Below are positions 9,443 through 18,321 of a stretch of DNA of 30,664 nucleotides, piece after piece; positions within the stretch are counted from its first letter, which is position 1; each line of letters starts with the position of its first letter. The DNA lies in assembly GCA_964501095.1 (NCBI GenBank), contig CAZCRQ010000001.1:1-30664 (forward strand), read 5' to 3'. This stretch comes from an uncultured bacterium (lineage in GTDB: Bacteria; Electryoneota; Electryoneia; Electryoneales; Electryoneaceae). The notes beneath the pieces are model-generated. The model did no database searches. It was not told where the DNA came from and saw nothing but the letters and a program-made list of their open reading frames with translations. The position numbers and the translations under genes are program-made.

Positions 9443-10357
9443 ATGAGTCTTCTGGATAAAGCCATTGTCGCCGTGCTGCCGATGGCGCCCAAATCGTTGA
9501 TCCGCCACTTTGCCAATTCTTACATCGCCGGAGAACGGCTAACCGATGCCGTCCAGACCGTGAAACAGCTCAATCGTCAGGGAATTAGGGCGACGATAGA
9601 TGTATTGGGTGAATCTGCGGTCACCGCCGAACAGACCAAAGCGCCGGTAAAAAAATACCTACAGGTGCTGGATACGATAAAAACCGAATGTCTCGAGGCG
9701 AACATCTCGATGAAACCCACCCAGATGGGTCTTTCTTTCAATCCCGATCTATGCCTCAAGAATTATCTCACTATCGTTGAAAAGCTGAAGGAAACAGGCA
9801 ATTTTGTTCGTGTCGATATGGAAGACAGCCCTTATACGACGTTGACCTTCGACCTTTATAAATCTCTGCGTAAGGAATATGATAAGGTAGGCGTTGTCAT
9901 ACAATCCTACCTGCGGCGCAGCTTTAAAGACCTGGAAACCTTCCTGATTCCGGCAAAAGCGAATATCCGACTTTGCAAGGGCATCTATCGGGAACCGCTT
10001 CAGATCGCATATAAAGGTTACGATGTAGTTCGGAACAACTATATCCGCTTGTTGGATAAAGCGTTAAAGGCGGGATTGTATGTCGGCATTGCCACGCATG
10101 ACGAATTACTGGTTTGGGAAGCCTATCGAATCATTGAAGAATTACAACTTGCCCCAGAGCAGTATGAATTTCAAATGTTATTGGGGGTGACGGAGACTCT
10201 ACGCCACCAGATCGTTCAGGATGGTCATCGAATGCGGGTATATGTTCCCTTCGGCAAAGACTGGTACGCTTATTCGACCCGACGTTTGAAGGAAAATCCC
10301 AAGATCGCCGGGTATGTCTTTCGTGATATTATTAAGGGAGCCACGAATAGACACTAA
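9443..10357 (+). CDS. Monofunctional proline dehydrogenase (ProDH/PutB type)
   Basis: YIAGE, SMKPTQMG, RVDMED, RLCKGIY, IATHD, EFQMLLG, VYVPFGKDWYAYSTRRLKENP; 304 aa with no P5CDH domain. Confidence 0.95.
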   Translation: MSLLDKAIVAVLPMAPKSLIRHFANSYIAGERLTDAVQTVKQLNRQGIRATIDVLGESAVTAEQTKAPVKKYLQVLDTIKTECLEANISMKPTQMGLSFNPDLCLKNYLTIVEKLKETGNFVRVDMEDSPYTTLTFDLYKSLRKEYDKVGVVIQSYLRRSFKDLETFLIPAKANIRLCKGIYREPLQIAYKGYDVVRNNYIRLLDKALKAGLYVGIATHDELLVWEAYRIIEELQLAPEQYEFQMLLGVTETLRHQIVQDGHRMRVYVPFGKDWYAYSTRRLKENPKIAGYVFRDIIKGATNRH

Positions 10358-10388
10358 TAGACACCAATAGACACTAATAAACACGAAT
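10346..10388. repeat. 10-bp tandem repeat (AATAGACACT)x4 filling the gap between convergent genes
   Basis: aatagacact aatagacacc aatagacact aataaacacg aat. The first unit encodes the last ProDH codons; the TAA stop (10355-10357) straddles the junction of units 1 and 2. Confidence 0.85.
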
Positions 10389-13300
10389 TTATTTCATCGC
10401 CTGATATTCTTCATAAATACCTCCCCAGGTGGGGGTATTCGCTGGATATTCACGTATCCATCTCGCCATCACATTCGGTGCCGAACCGAGGGTAAAATCA
10501 AATCGATTCTCACCCGGGAGAACATCCACGTCCTGATCCTGGTAGGTGAAATAACCAACTGCACGCACAGTGACATTGTACTGTCCGGAAAATACACCTT
10601 CGATGAGATAGGAGCCATCCGCAGTAGTAGTGGCGCCAAATCCGCCGAACTGCACATAAGCACCCTCAATCGGATCGTTGGTCTGGCTATCGGTAACCAT
10701 ACCGACAATTGAAGCGTCAGGAGTCGAATGTAAAATTATAATGGCTAACTGGGCATACGGATAGTTTGCTGGAGTGTTCTGATAAGAGATCTGCAGCCCG
10801 ATCGTGCCATCGGCATTCTCGATCCCGATGCTCTCATTGGCGATATCGATATTATTGTTGAAGGACTCGTATTGGAAAAGGATGGTATTATCCGGGAAAA
10901 GTATGACTTCGGCAGTCAAATACCCTCTGGGAGGCATATTTCTGTATTCTCGAATATCATTGAATTGACATACCCAGCGTCCCAGCGGATCGACACCATA
11001 TATGATGTTTCCACCCTGGGTTGGATCAAGATCATCCCGGAAAAGACAGATGATGTTATTAGGATCAGCCGGATTCGGAATGTTGCTATTTCTCCAGGCT
11101 CCGCTTCCCCCGCCAAACATGATATAACCGTTGGAACAGATAAAGACATGGTCATAATCATTGCCATAAAAATTGAAGTTGAAGGGCAAGGGAAATGGTC
11201 CTTGAAAATTATCATCCGGCATGTTGTTGATAATCGTTCCAACTCCTTCCATCTCCACCCATTCATACGTCGGTCCCTGCGCTTCTTCATTGTCAATCCA
11301 ATAGTAACCAAAGGCATCGGGTCCGCCCTGACGATCCAGCTCATCACGCCGAGGATTGTTGCCACCATGATCCGCTGCTTGTGGTGGAACGTTAGTGCGA
11401 ATCTGAGCAAAGCGAAAACCGCTGACATAAGGGACATCGATACCATTATCAGCATCGACTTCCACCCAATCCCGCCATTCGATGAACGACAGATGATCGA
11501 ACCAGGCTTGGGCAGTTCCTGTCGTAGGTCGGCTTTGAGCTAAACGAACATTGACATAGTTTCGATTTCCCTGGAGATTGTCAAAATCGGTGAAAGCTGG
11601 TGTCCAGTTATTGGTGCCGCTCAAAGTCAAAGGCGTGGATGTTTCATTTGCATTATTATCATCTCGTCCATTATAAAGCAACACCTGGATTTTGGCTTCA
11701 TCTGCCTCAACCGTGTACATCCAACCGAGAAAGCTGTGATCATAACTGTTGTTGAGAGCCACTTTTCTTTCAAATTCCGTCGTGTAACTGCCATTGGGAG
11801 CGTTAAAAGGGATGTTCAATTTGATACTACGTTCACCTTCGATTGCATGCTCACTATCGTAGAATTCATAGTTGGAATTCAGATTCCAACATTGTGAGCC
11901 TTCATCCTCCATGTTAGCCCAGATTAAAATGTCTCGTCCGTAGCGGATTTCCACAGTTCCCCCGGGTGGATCGATCACTTCCACTCGCGTAGGATAACCC
12001 TCCCCATCCAATCTGAAGGGACGGGTTCTGTATTCTTCATCGACAAACTCCCACTCGAAAGTACTCTGTGCGGATTCCGAGAGCCGGGCATAAGTTGTAT
12101 CCCACATCACATGCCCGATTTCTTCGTTAGGCATTCTGACCACCTGGGTGTTCATCAACCAGGAGTAATAAGTGATATAGTCGAGGAGATTTGAAGCGAA
12201 TCCGCCGCGCGCAATTTGTGGTCGGTTGGCTTCAATCCAGGCAGGGCGGAGAACGGCATTGTCGATGCTGTCCGCTCCGACATGGAGTTCCGCAATCATC
12301 GAGTACATGGTCTCATTTTGACTCAGATCGAAGAGGAAATTCCCCAAGGAATGAACGATCAAACGACCGTGATAAATCTCTACACCTTGAATGACATGCG
12401 GATGATGGCAGACAACGACACTGGCTCCCATATCGATAGCATAATGCCTTAAAGCGACTTCCCCGGAGTCCGGGTGCAATTCAAACACGACCCAGGGTTC
12501 GTCAGGTTCGATTTCGTTAACTGTGACGAGAGAAGATTTCTCTCCGTCCACGGGATAGAGCGAGTATTCGCTTCCGCAGTGTACCTGCGCCATGACGAGG
12601 TCGTTGTTTGCCGCTGCGGCAGGGATGGTCTCTTCGATGCCGGTACGGTTCCACATGGCAAAGCCGGGGCGATTACGGGCGGCATCAAGAAACGGAACCG
12701 GTCCCCACGGAGGATTCGCCGTGTTGTAATGACCATCACGGTTACACATACAGATTACCGCCAGGCTTTTGCCGCCATAAGAAAGATGGGTCACCTGGCG
12801 CGCCTGAATATCGTTATCACCCATACCGCCCCAGAGAATTCCGAAATTATCTAGCGCCTCCATTGTCTCATGCATCCCATCGACGAGATAATCAAAAGTG
12901 TGATTATTCGCGATGGAGACAAGATCATAACCCGCATTTCTCAGAGCCTGGGTATGTTGCGGAGCGCCGCGAAAGACAATGCCTTTAGTCGGATGCGGAG
13001 TATTTGCAGTGGTCATTGGATTTTCCAGGTTGCAGATCGCCAGATCGGCGGGGCGAATGTAATCGGCGACAAATTCCAAAGGATAATCCATCCCATAGTT
13101 GTTGATCATATCACCATAAGTGCCCTTAAAAACGACATCGCCCATATTGGAAATAGTAAAATCCGATTGCAGTGTAAGAGGGCTGTCGACAACCTCGGCG
13201 ACGGTGTATGCCCAATCGGTTCCATCGTCATTGGCGGTCAATGTTACATGCCATCTGCCGCCCCGTGGGAAAGTATGACATGGCTGTTCCTCGCGCGACA

Positions 13301-14324
13301 TCGTTCCATCACCAAAACTCCAACGAAACTCCAACACATCACTGTCGGGATCTCGACTCAGGTTATAGAATTGGTAAGTGATGGAGTCCTGCGCAATAGC
13401 TTCGGCAGTCCATTGAAAAGCGGCATCCGGGGAGAGAGTCCAGGCATTGGTGACATCACGGACATTGTCGAAGTACATGATTCCGGGTTGGGCGAATCCA
13501 TCGCTGTCATTCACATAAAAGATGCGGTCGATCGGACCATAGTTGGCGAATCGTCCATGCCAGTCGGCACCAACAGGCATATATATAGTCACCCATTCAT
13601 AGTCAGAATACCAACCCAGATATGGAGTGATCCAGGGATCGGTTCCCCTTGGTTGGAGGGTATGTCCCCAAAGCAGGTAGTACATGATATCTTCGCCATC
13701 ACCAATCCCGATCATTTGATGTCTGCCCATACGTTCATGAAAGACATCAACAGCCCAAACCGTCTCTTGATCCAGTTCAATGGGATCGATATTTTGGAAT
13801 TTCCATGAGTTGCCATTCATCCGAAGCATCCACTGGGAATCATCAGGACCGCCTTCGATCACTTGCGCTCCATTCGGTTGGACATCTTCATTGGCGTAAC
13901 TGTTGAGTTCCACCTCACCCGTCTCGAAATCCTCGATTATAATTTCGTCATCGGGGGTTTCTCCAGGAATCCAGGGTTGAATGCTGTAAAAGAGATGATC
14001 GGCATTTCGCCCCAGGATGTCGCGATCCAGCCAGAAATTATTCGAGGTCAAGGCAATCGTATCCGGAGTCAGCATCAAGGGATCCTCAGAACGAAGCACC
14101 ATCCATCGTGTCTGTCCCAGTGGTATTTCCCAATCAAGACGAATTCCCTGATCGGTGGGAGTGATGGTTATATGAGGCGCTTCTTGAGCCGAGGTGGAGA
14201 CATAGAGTAGCAGTATCGAGGCAATCACTCCAAAAAGGAGTAGATTGATTTTATAGAATTTAGCCGCTCGTTTTTGCCAGAAGCGGATTAAACTGCATGC
14301 GAAGATCGAATTTAAGTCAGTCAT
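10389..14324 (-). CDS. Secreted multidomain CapA (PGA_cap metallophosphatase-fold) protein with PKD, CBM-like, GGPDAFGY and carboxypeptidase-regulatory-like domains
   Basis: CapA motifs GDV, CNLENP, ANNHTFDY, HCGSEY, HHPHVIQG, SLGNFLFD. PKD core FRWSFGDG...HTFPRGG. C-terminal SIVGMVTDSQTNDPIEGA...TTADGSY. Start at 14324 has a GGAG RBS (the ORF is open from 14366). Confidence 0.85.
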   Translation of the reverse strand: MTDLNSIFACSLIRFWQKRAAKFYKINLLLFGVIASILLLYVSTSAQEAPHITITPTDQGIRLDWEIPLGQTRWMVLRSEDPLMLTPDTIALTSNNFWLDRDILGRNADHLFYSIQPWIPGETPDDEIIIEDFETGEVELNSYANEDVQPNGAQVIEGGPDDSQWMLRMNGNSWKFQNIDPIELDQETVWAVDVFHERMGRHQMIGIGDGEDIMYYLLWGHTLQPRGTDPWITPYLGWYSDYEWVTIYMPVGADWHGRFANYGPIDRIFYVNDSDGFAQPGIMYFDNVRDVTNAWTLSPDAAFQWTAEAIAQDSITYQFYNLSRDPDSDVLEFRWSFGDGTMSREEQPCHTFPRGGRWHVTLTANDDGTDWAYTVAEVVDSPLTLQSDFTISNMGDVVFKGTYGDMINNYGMDYPLEFVADYIRPADLAICNLENPMTTANTPHPTKGIVFRGAPQHTQALRNAGYDLVSIANNHTFDYLVDGMHETMEALDNFGILWGGMGDNDIQARQVTHLSYGGKSLAVICMCNRDGHYNTANPPWGPVPFLDAARNRPGFAMWNRTGIEETIPAAAANNDLVMAQVHCGSEYSLYPVDGEKSSLVTVNEIEPDEPWVVFELHPDSGEVALRHYAIDMGASVVVCHHPHVIQGVEIYHGRLIVHSLGNFLFDLSQNETMYSMIAELHVGADSIDNAVLRPAWIEANRPQIARGGFASNLLDYITYYSWLMNTQVVRMPNEEIGHVMWDTTYARLSESAQSTFEWEFVDEEYRTRPFRLDGEGYPTRVEVIDPPGGTVEIRYGRDILIWANMEDEGSQCWNLNSNYEFYDSEHAIEGERSIKLNIPFNAPNGSYTTEFERKVALNNSYDHSFLGWMYTVEADEAKIQVLLYNGRDDNNANETSTPLTLSGTNNWTPAFTDFDNLQGNRNYVNVRLAQSRPTTGTAQAWFDHLSFIEWRDWVEVDADNGIDVPYVSGFRFAQIRTNVPPQAADHGGNNPRRDELDRQGGPDAFGYYWIDNEEAQGPTYEWVEMEGVGTIINNMPDDNFQGPFPLPFNFNFYGNDYDHVFICSNGYIMFGGGSGAWRNSNIPNPADPNNIICLFRDDLDPTQGGNIIYGVDPLGRWVCQFNDIREYRNMPPRGYLTAEVILFPDNTILFQYESFNNNIDIANESIGIENADGTIGLQISYQNTPANYPYAQLAIIILHSTPDASIVGMVTDSQTNDPIEGAYVQFGGFGATTTADGSYLIEGVFSGQYNVTVRAVGYFTYQDQDVDVLPGENRFDFTLGSAPNVMARWIREYPANTPTWGGIYEEYQAMK

Positions 14325-14604
14325 CAGAAACTCCATAGCTGTTTGCTGGAACAGTCTGGGAAACATGATTCTTAAATGAAATATAATTCATCAGTAAACG
14401 CAATTCTATCCCTTTAAGAGAAAACCTGAGAAGAATTCAAAACCAGGGGTCGGTGAAAGGGCTTTTAAAATTGGATTCTCCGAAGTCGGGAACTAATCTC
14501 CATATTTATATCTTACAGGAGGTATATTATGGGATTGGAAAGCAAATGCTGATATTATTACTATCCCAAGGATATTCTCAAACAAGTTCATTATTCCGGA
14601 AAAT

Positions 14605-16404
14605 ATGGCAAAATCATCGGAAAAAGGATTATTCAACATCATTTCTTACCGTGCAGATCGATGGTTGATCGAAACGGTTTTTCATGATCAGGAGCTGGAT
14701 GAAGAAACGATGCTTGAGCGATTCCGCGAAATAAAAAATGATCTCTCCCATCAGGTCAATGTCCCTCCCGCCCTTCTATTTTTTGCCAACCTGATTGAGA
14801 AAAAACGTATCTCAAATGGATACAAAGTCAAATTCGACATCATTCGGAAGCGAGTAAAAGGCGGTCGTCCAGTGATTAAAACACAAGCGATAGTATCGCC
14901 TCAGGGGATTATTTTCCCGAATATGAAAGCTACCATAGATCTCTTCTATGTCGATCCTTTCGATAACCAGATCAAGGTGGAAAATCTTACCGAAATCATT
15001 GAGAAATCAATCATCCAGAAGGAACTTGTTCGTTTTGAACAACTAAAGGAGACATTCGAGATACTTTTAAAAGACCAGCAGCCTCAACCCGATTTTCTTC
15101 TCGCTGAAGGTAAGTTGCCTGACATCGGGGAGGACTCCGAGATTGAATTTATGTTCAACGCTGAGCAGATCGAATCGAAAATGAACAAATTGATGGGGGC
15201 GACAAAAGTATTCTCGGGCGATCTGCTCTGTTCTCTTCAACCACCAAAATATGGCAAAGAAAAAGGGTATGACATCACGGGGAAGGTAATTCCTCCCCTC
15301 TCCGGGACTCCAGTAGAATTGGTTTCGGGAAATCACACCAGGCTCTCGGAAGATGGATTGGCATGTTATGCTTTAAATGACGGTGTTGCGATCATAGAAC
15401 GCGAAACCATCACGAAAGAAGATAGACATGGATTCAAACGACCTCACATCATCTTTAAAATTTCGATTGAACCACTTCGCATCGTGGATGGCGCCACTGT
15501 AACAGAGTTAATTACCGATGATCATTTGGAAGTCAGCGGGAAACTCGCCAAAGGGGCGAAGATTATTTCAAAAGGGAAAATTTTAATCGATGGCGAGGTC
15601 TCCGATGGTTCGCGCATCGAATCAAAGGATAATCTCTATATCACCGGTAAAATTCTCAATAGTGTTATAACCTCGGTTCGGGATTTGACTGCTGAAGGGG
15701 ATGTGGAGCAGTGCAAACTCTCCAGCGAAGAGATGTTGAAGCTGAAAGGGAAAGCGATTCTTTCCGATCTTCGCGGTCGAATCGTCATTGCCAAAGAAGT
15801 ACAGGCGAGCAACGTCAAGGCGATCGAGAAAGTCGAGATTGGGAAAATTGCTGCTTTGGAAAAAACAGACAAATCTAAAATCACCAAAATTGAAGTGGAA
15901 GCAAAGGAATTTTTTATCAAACAGGTGGATGACAACACAGAAATTATACAGAAAGCGGCAAGATCGCTATTTCAAATTCTTGAATTACTTGGTCCTGATC
16001 TTGCGGAGCAAGTGGGCTCCTTGCCGGCGTCAATCATCTTGCTGCGGTTTATAGGGCAGGAAAAGAGACGCGGGAGAGAACAATTCACCCGTGATCAAAT
16101 CGACGCCATCAAACGGTTGGTCGAAACTGCGGAACCTTTATCCCATTACATCGATGCCAAGCAAAAAATAATTGAGGATTACAAGAAAAGGATCGAACGG
16201 ACAGGATCGGGAAAATCAATTGTCAAAATCAAAGAAAAGATCAGCTCTGATGTAGAAGTAACAATCGGCGATCAGATAATCAAGCTGGAAAAAAGCATAA
16301 CGCCGTTGGAAATCAGTTATAATCCAGATCAAACAAGCACGATACCCTTTATCGTCCCGTCAGATCCGGAGAAACCCGGTGATATTATGACAACGATGAA
16401 ATGA
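14605..16404 (+). CDS. FapA family / DUF342 protein (flagellar assembly-associated)
   Basis: GDLLCSLQPPKYGKEKGYDITGKVIPP...SEDGLACYALNDG, followed by beta-helix-like repeats and a coiled-coil tail. The true start may be upstream (see findings). Confidence 0.8.
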   Translation: MAKSSEKGLFNIISYRADRWLIETVFHDQELDEETMLERFREIKNDLSHQVNVPPALLFFANLIEKKRISNGYKVKFDIIRKRVKGGRPVIKTQAIVSPQGIIFPNMKATIDLFYVDPFDNQIKVENLTEIIEKSIIQKELVRFEQLKETFEILLKDQQPQPDFLLAEGKLPDIGEDSEIEFMFNAEQIESKMNKLMGATKVFSGDLLCSLQPPKYGKEKGYDITGKVIPPLSGTPVELVSGNHTRLSEDGLACYALNDGVAIIERETITKEDRHGFKRPHIIFKISIEPLRIVDGATVTELITDDHLEVSGKLAKGAKIISKGKILIDGEVSDGSRIESKDNLYITGKILNSVITSVRDLTAEGDVEQCKLSSEEMLKLKGKAILSDLRGRIVIAKEVQASNVKAIEKVEIGKIAALEKTDKSKITKIEVEAKEFFIKQVDDNTEIIQKAARSLFQILELLGPDLAEQVGSLPASIILLRFIGQEKRRGREQFTRDQIDAIKRLVETAEPLSHYIDAKQKIIEDYKKRIERTGSGKSIVKIKEKISSDVEVTIGDQIIKLEKSITPLEISYNPDQTSTIPFIVPSDPEKPGDIMTTMK

Positions 16405-16464
16405 TGATGCGGGTAAATGATGATGCGGGTAAATGATGATGCGGGTATATGATGATGCGGGTAA
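16401..16464. repeat. 16-bp tandem repeat (ATGATGATGCGGGTAA)x4 beginning at the fapA stop codon
   Basis: Units at 16401, 16417, 16433 and 16449 (one mismatch in unit 3). The fapA TGA (16402-16404) lies in unit 1. Confidence 0.9.
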
Positions 16465-16465
16465 A

Positions 16466-16784
16466 AGTGGTGTCAGTCGTCCTCGGCTTGAGTGGTGTCA
16501 GTCGTCCTCGGCTGACACCAAATTGGTTAGATTCCGTCAGCCGAGGACGGCTGACGGCACGTTACAAGGACGATTTGAGTGGTGTCAGCCGTCCTCGGCT
16601 TGAGTGGTGTCAGTCGTCCTCGGCTGACACCAAATTGGTTAGATTCCGTCAGCCGAGGACGGCTGACGGCACGTTACAAGGACGGCTGACGGCGCGTTAT
16701 AAGGATGGTTCCGTCAGCCGAGGACGGCTGACGGCACATTAACGAGGACGGCTGACGGCACGTTACAAGGACGGCTGACGGCAC
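16466..16784. repeat. BIME-like cluster of a second REP family (GTGG/GTGC + GTCAGCCG-TCCT-CGGCTGAC hairpin)
   Basis: 112-bp direct duplication (16466 and 16578). Perfect 10-bp stems CCGTCAGCCG-AGGA-CGGCTGACGG at 16534, 16646 and 16711, followed by ~23-bp half-site repeats AGGACGGCTGACGGCACGTTACA. Confidence 0.9.
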
Positions 16785-16802
16785 ATAATTTGAGGTTAAA
16801 CC

Positions 16803-17186
16803 ATGCGGAAGGTAGTTTCGACCGATAAAGCACCCCAAGCGATTGGGCAGTACAGCCAAGGTATTATTACACAAGGCGCGCTGCTCTTCACCGCCGGGCA
16901 GATTCCCCTCGATCCCAAAACCGGGAAAATCGTTGGCGTCGACATTCAAACCCAGACGAAACGGGTCTTGGAAAATATCGGCGCCATCCTCAAAGCAGCC
17001 GGAAGCGGATTTGAGCATGTAATAAAAGTTACTGTTTTTATTACGGATATGAATTTATTCGCCGGGATGAATGAAGTCTATTTGAATTATTTCAAAGAGA
17101 ATCCACCCGCGAGAAGCACAGTGTCTGTGTCGCGTCTACCCAAAGAGGTCTTGATCGAGATCGAATGCATCGCCCTCATCCCTTAA
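16803..17186 (+). CDS. ridA: RidA family enamine/imine deaminase
   Basis: [52 protein letters not shown], with the conserved catalytic Arg. Confidence 0.93.
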   Translation: MRKVVSTDKAPQAIGQYSQGIITQGALLFTAGQIPLDPKTGKIVGVDIQTQTKRVLENIGAILKAAGSGFEHVIKVTVFITDMNLFAGMNEVYLNYFKENPPARSTVSVSRLPKEVLIEIECIALIP

Positions 17187-17755
17187 TATACCTGTTGATT
17201 CCAATCCCGGGAATTTTTTTTATCCTGAATCTCAACCAATCTTTTTCACAAGATCTCAAACAGATTGAAACGGTCGAGCAGGATACTGTGGTTTCAGTAT
17301 CACCGACGAATCAATCCCAGGTTGTTCATAAGAAGAGTCCCACCGGCGCTCTGTTTCGCAGCATGATCATTCCAGGCTGGGGGCAGGCATACACGGGAAA
17401 ATGGCTCAAGGCTTTGATCTATTTCGGTTCGGATGTAGGAATGATATATGGCGCCTACCACCAGAACCGATTGTATCAGGAGAATCTCGATTACTCCAAA
17501 CATCAGAAATCGGAATATATCCGGCTTCAATATGAAGATGCCGCCGATTTTTACCGCGACGATCGGAATCGATTGATTTGGTGGACAGCCGGTTTGACAC
17601 TGCTCTCAATGTTTGACGCTTATGTCGAGGGGCATCTCTATGATTATCGCATCGATCCCACTGTTGGGATTACTCAAGGTAGCCAATCAATTACCTTAGG
17701 AATTAGTTTAACTATTCCATTATCTGTCAGCCGAGGACGGCTGACAGCACAGTAA
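17165..17755 (+). CDS. DUF5683-like membrane protein
   Basis: [21 protein letters not shown] motif and SMFDAYV motif. The C-terminus ([10 protein letters not shown]) is encoded by a REP hairpin. Confidence 0.75.
   Translation: MHRPHPLIYLLIPIPGIFFILNLNQSFSQDLKQIETVEQDTVVSVSPTNQSQVVHKKSPTGALFRSMIIPGWGQAYTGKWLKALIYFGSDVGMIYGAYHQNRLYQENLDYSKHQKSEYIRLQYEDAADFYRDDRNRLIWWTAGLTLLSMFDAYVEGHLYDYRIDPTVGITQGSQSITLGISLTIPLSVSRGRLTAQ
17724..17750 (-). repeat. Solo copy of the second REP family inside the DUF5683 3' end
   Basis: CTGTCAGCCG-AGGA-CGGCTGACAG-CAC; 10-bp perfect stem, with compensatory changes relative to the 16534 copy. Confidence 0.85.
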
Positions 17756-17769
17756 ACTAAGGTGGTATA

Positions 17770-18321
17770 ATGATAACGCGCGATGAAGCATTAGTATTAG
17801 TGAAAAAGCATTTGAAAAACAAGAATTTGCGAAAACATGTGCTGGCGGTCGAAGCGTTGATGCGTAAGCTCGCCGTACGTCTTGACGGCAATCCGGATGT
17901 TTGGGGACTGGCGGGATTGCTGCATGATCTGGATTATGAACTGACGTTGGATAAACCTGCCGAGCATACTCAATTAACGATTCAATGGCTGAAGGAACAT
18001 GGCGGGGTAAGTGAGGAGATTTTAAATACTATTCGGGCGCATGTAGGCACCACGCCGCGCACTACGACAATGGAGCAAGCGATCTATTGCTCGGATCCAA
18101 CTTCAGGTTTCCTGGTCGCCTGCGCCTTGATGCACCCGGAAAAACGCTTGGCGGCAGTGGATTTGGACTTTATAAAAAACCGTTTTAAGGAAAAACGTTT
18201 TGCCGCAGGTGCAGATCGCGAACAGATGAAATCTTGCGCTGAATTGGGACTGGAATTGGATGAATTTCTTCTGCTGGCTCGGGAGGCTATGGTCGAGATA
18301 TCCGATGAGTTAGGACTTTGA
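17770..18321 (+). CDS. HD/HDIG-domain metal-dependent phosphohydrolase
   Basis: RKHVLAVE, GLLHDLDY, RAH, CSD and FKEKRFAAGADRE motifs; 183 aa. Confidence 0.88.
   Translation: MITRDEALVLVKKHLKNKNLRKHVLAVEALMRKLAVRLDGNPDVWGLAGLLHDLDYELTLDKPAEHTQLTIQWLKEHGGVSEEILNTIRAHVGTTPRTTTMEQAIYCSDPTSGFLVACALMHPEKRLAAVDLDFIKNRFKEKRFAAGADREQMKSCAELGLELDEFLLLAREAMVEISDELGL

Noticed and set aside
12870-13808. 312-aa plus-strand ORF (and other long ORFs antisense to the CapA and ABC genes)
   Set aside because: These are shadow ORFs opposite well-supported genes, with no recognisable motifs or RBS.
10389-14366. Poly-gamma-glutamate synthesis locus
   Set aside because: Only a CapA-fold domain is present; capB/capC are absent from the window.
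16449-16742. 97-aa ORF (VSRPRL/SRGRLTA repeats)
   Set aside because: It is simply the translation of the REP and VNTR array.
16466-16784. CRISPR array
   Set aside because: The intervening sequences are duplicated rather than unique spacers, the units occur in both orientations, and no cas genes are present.
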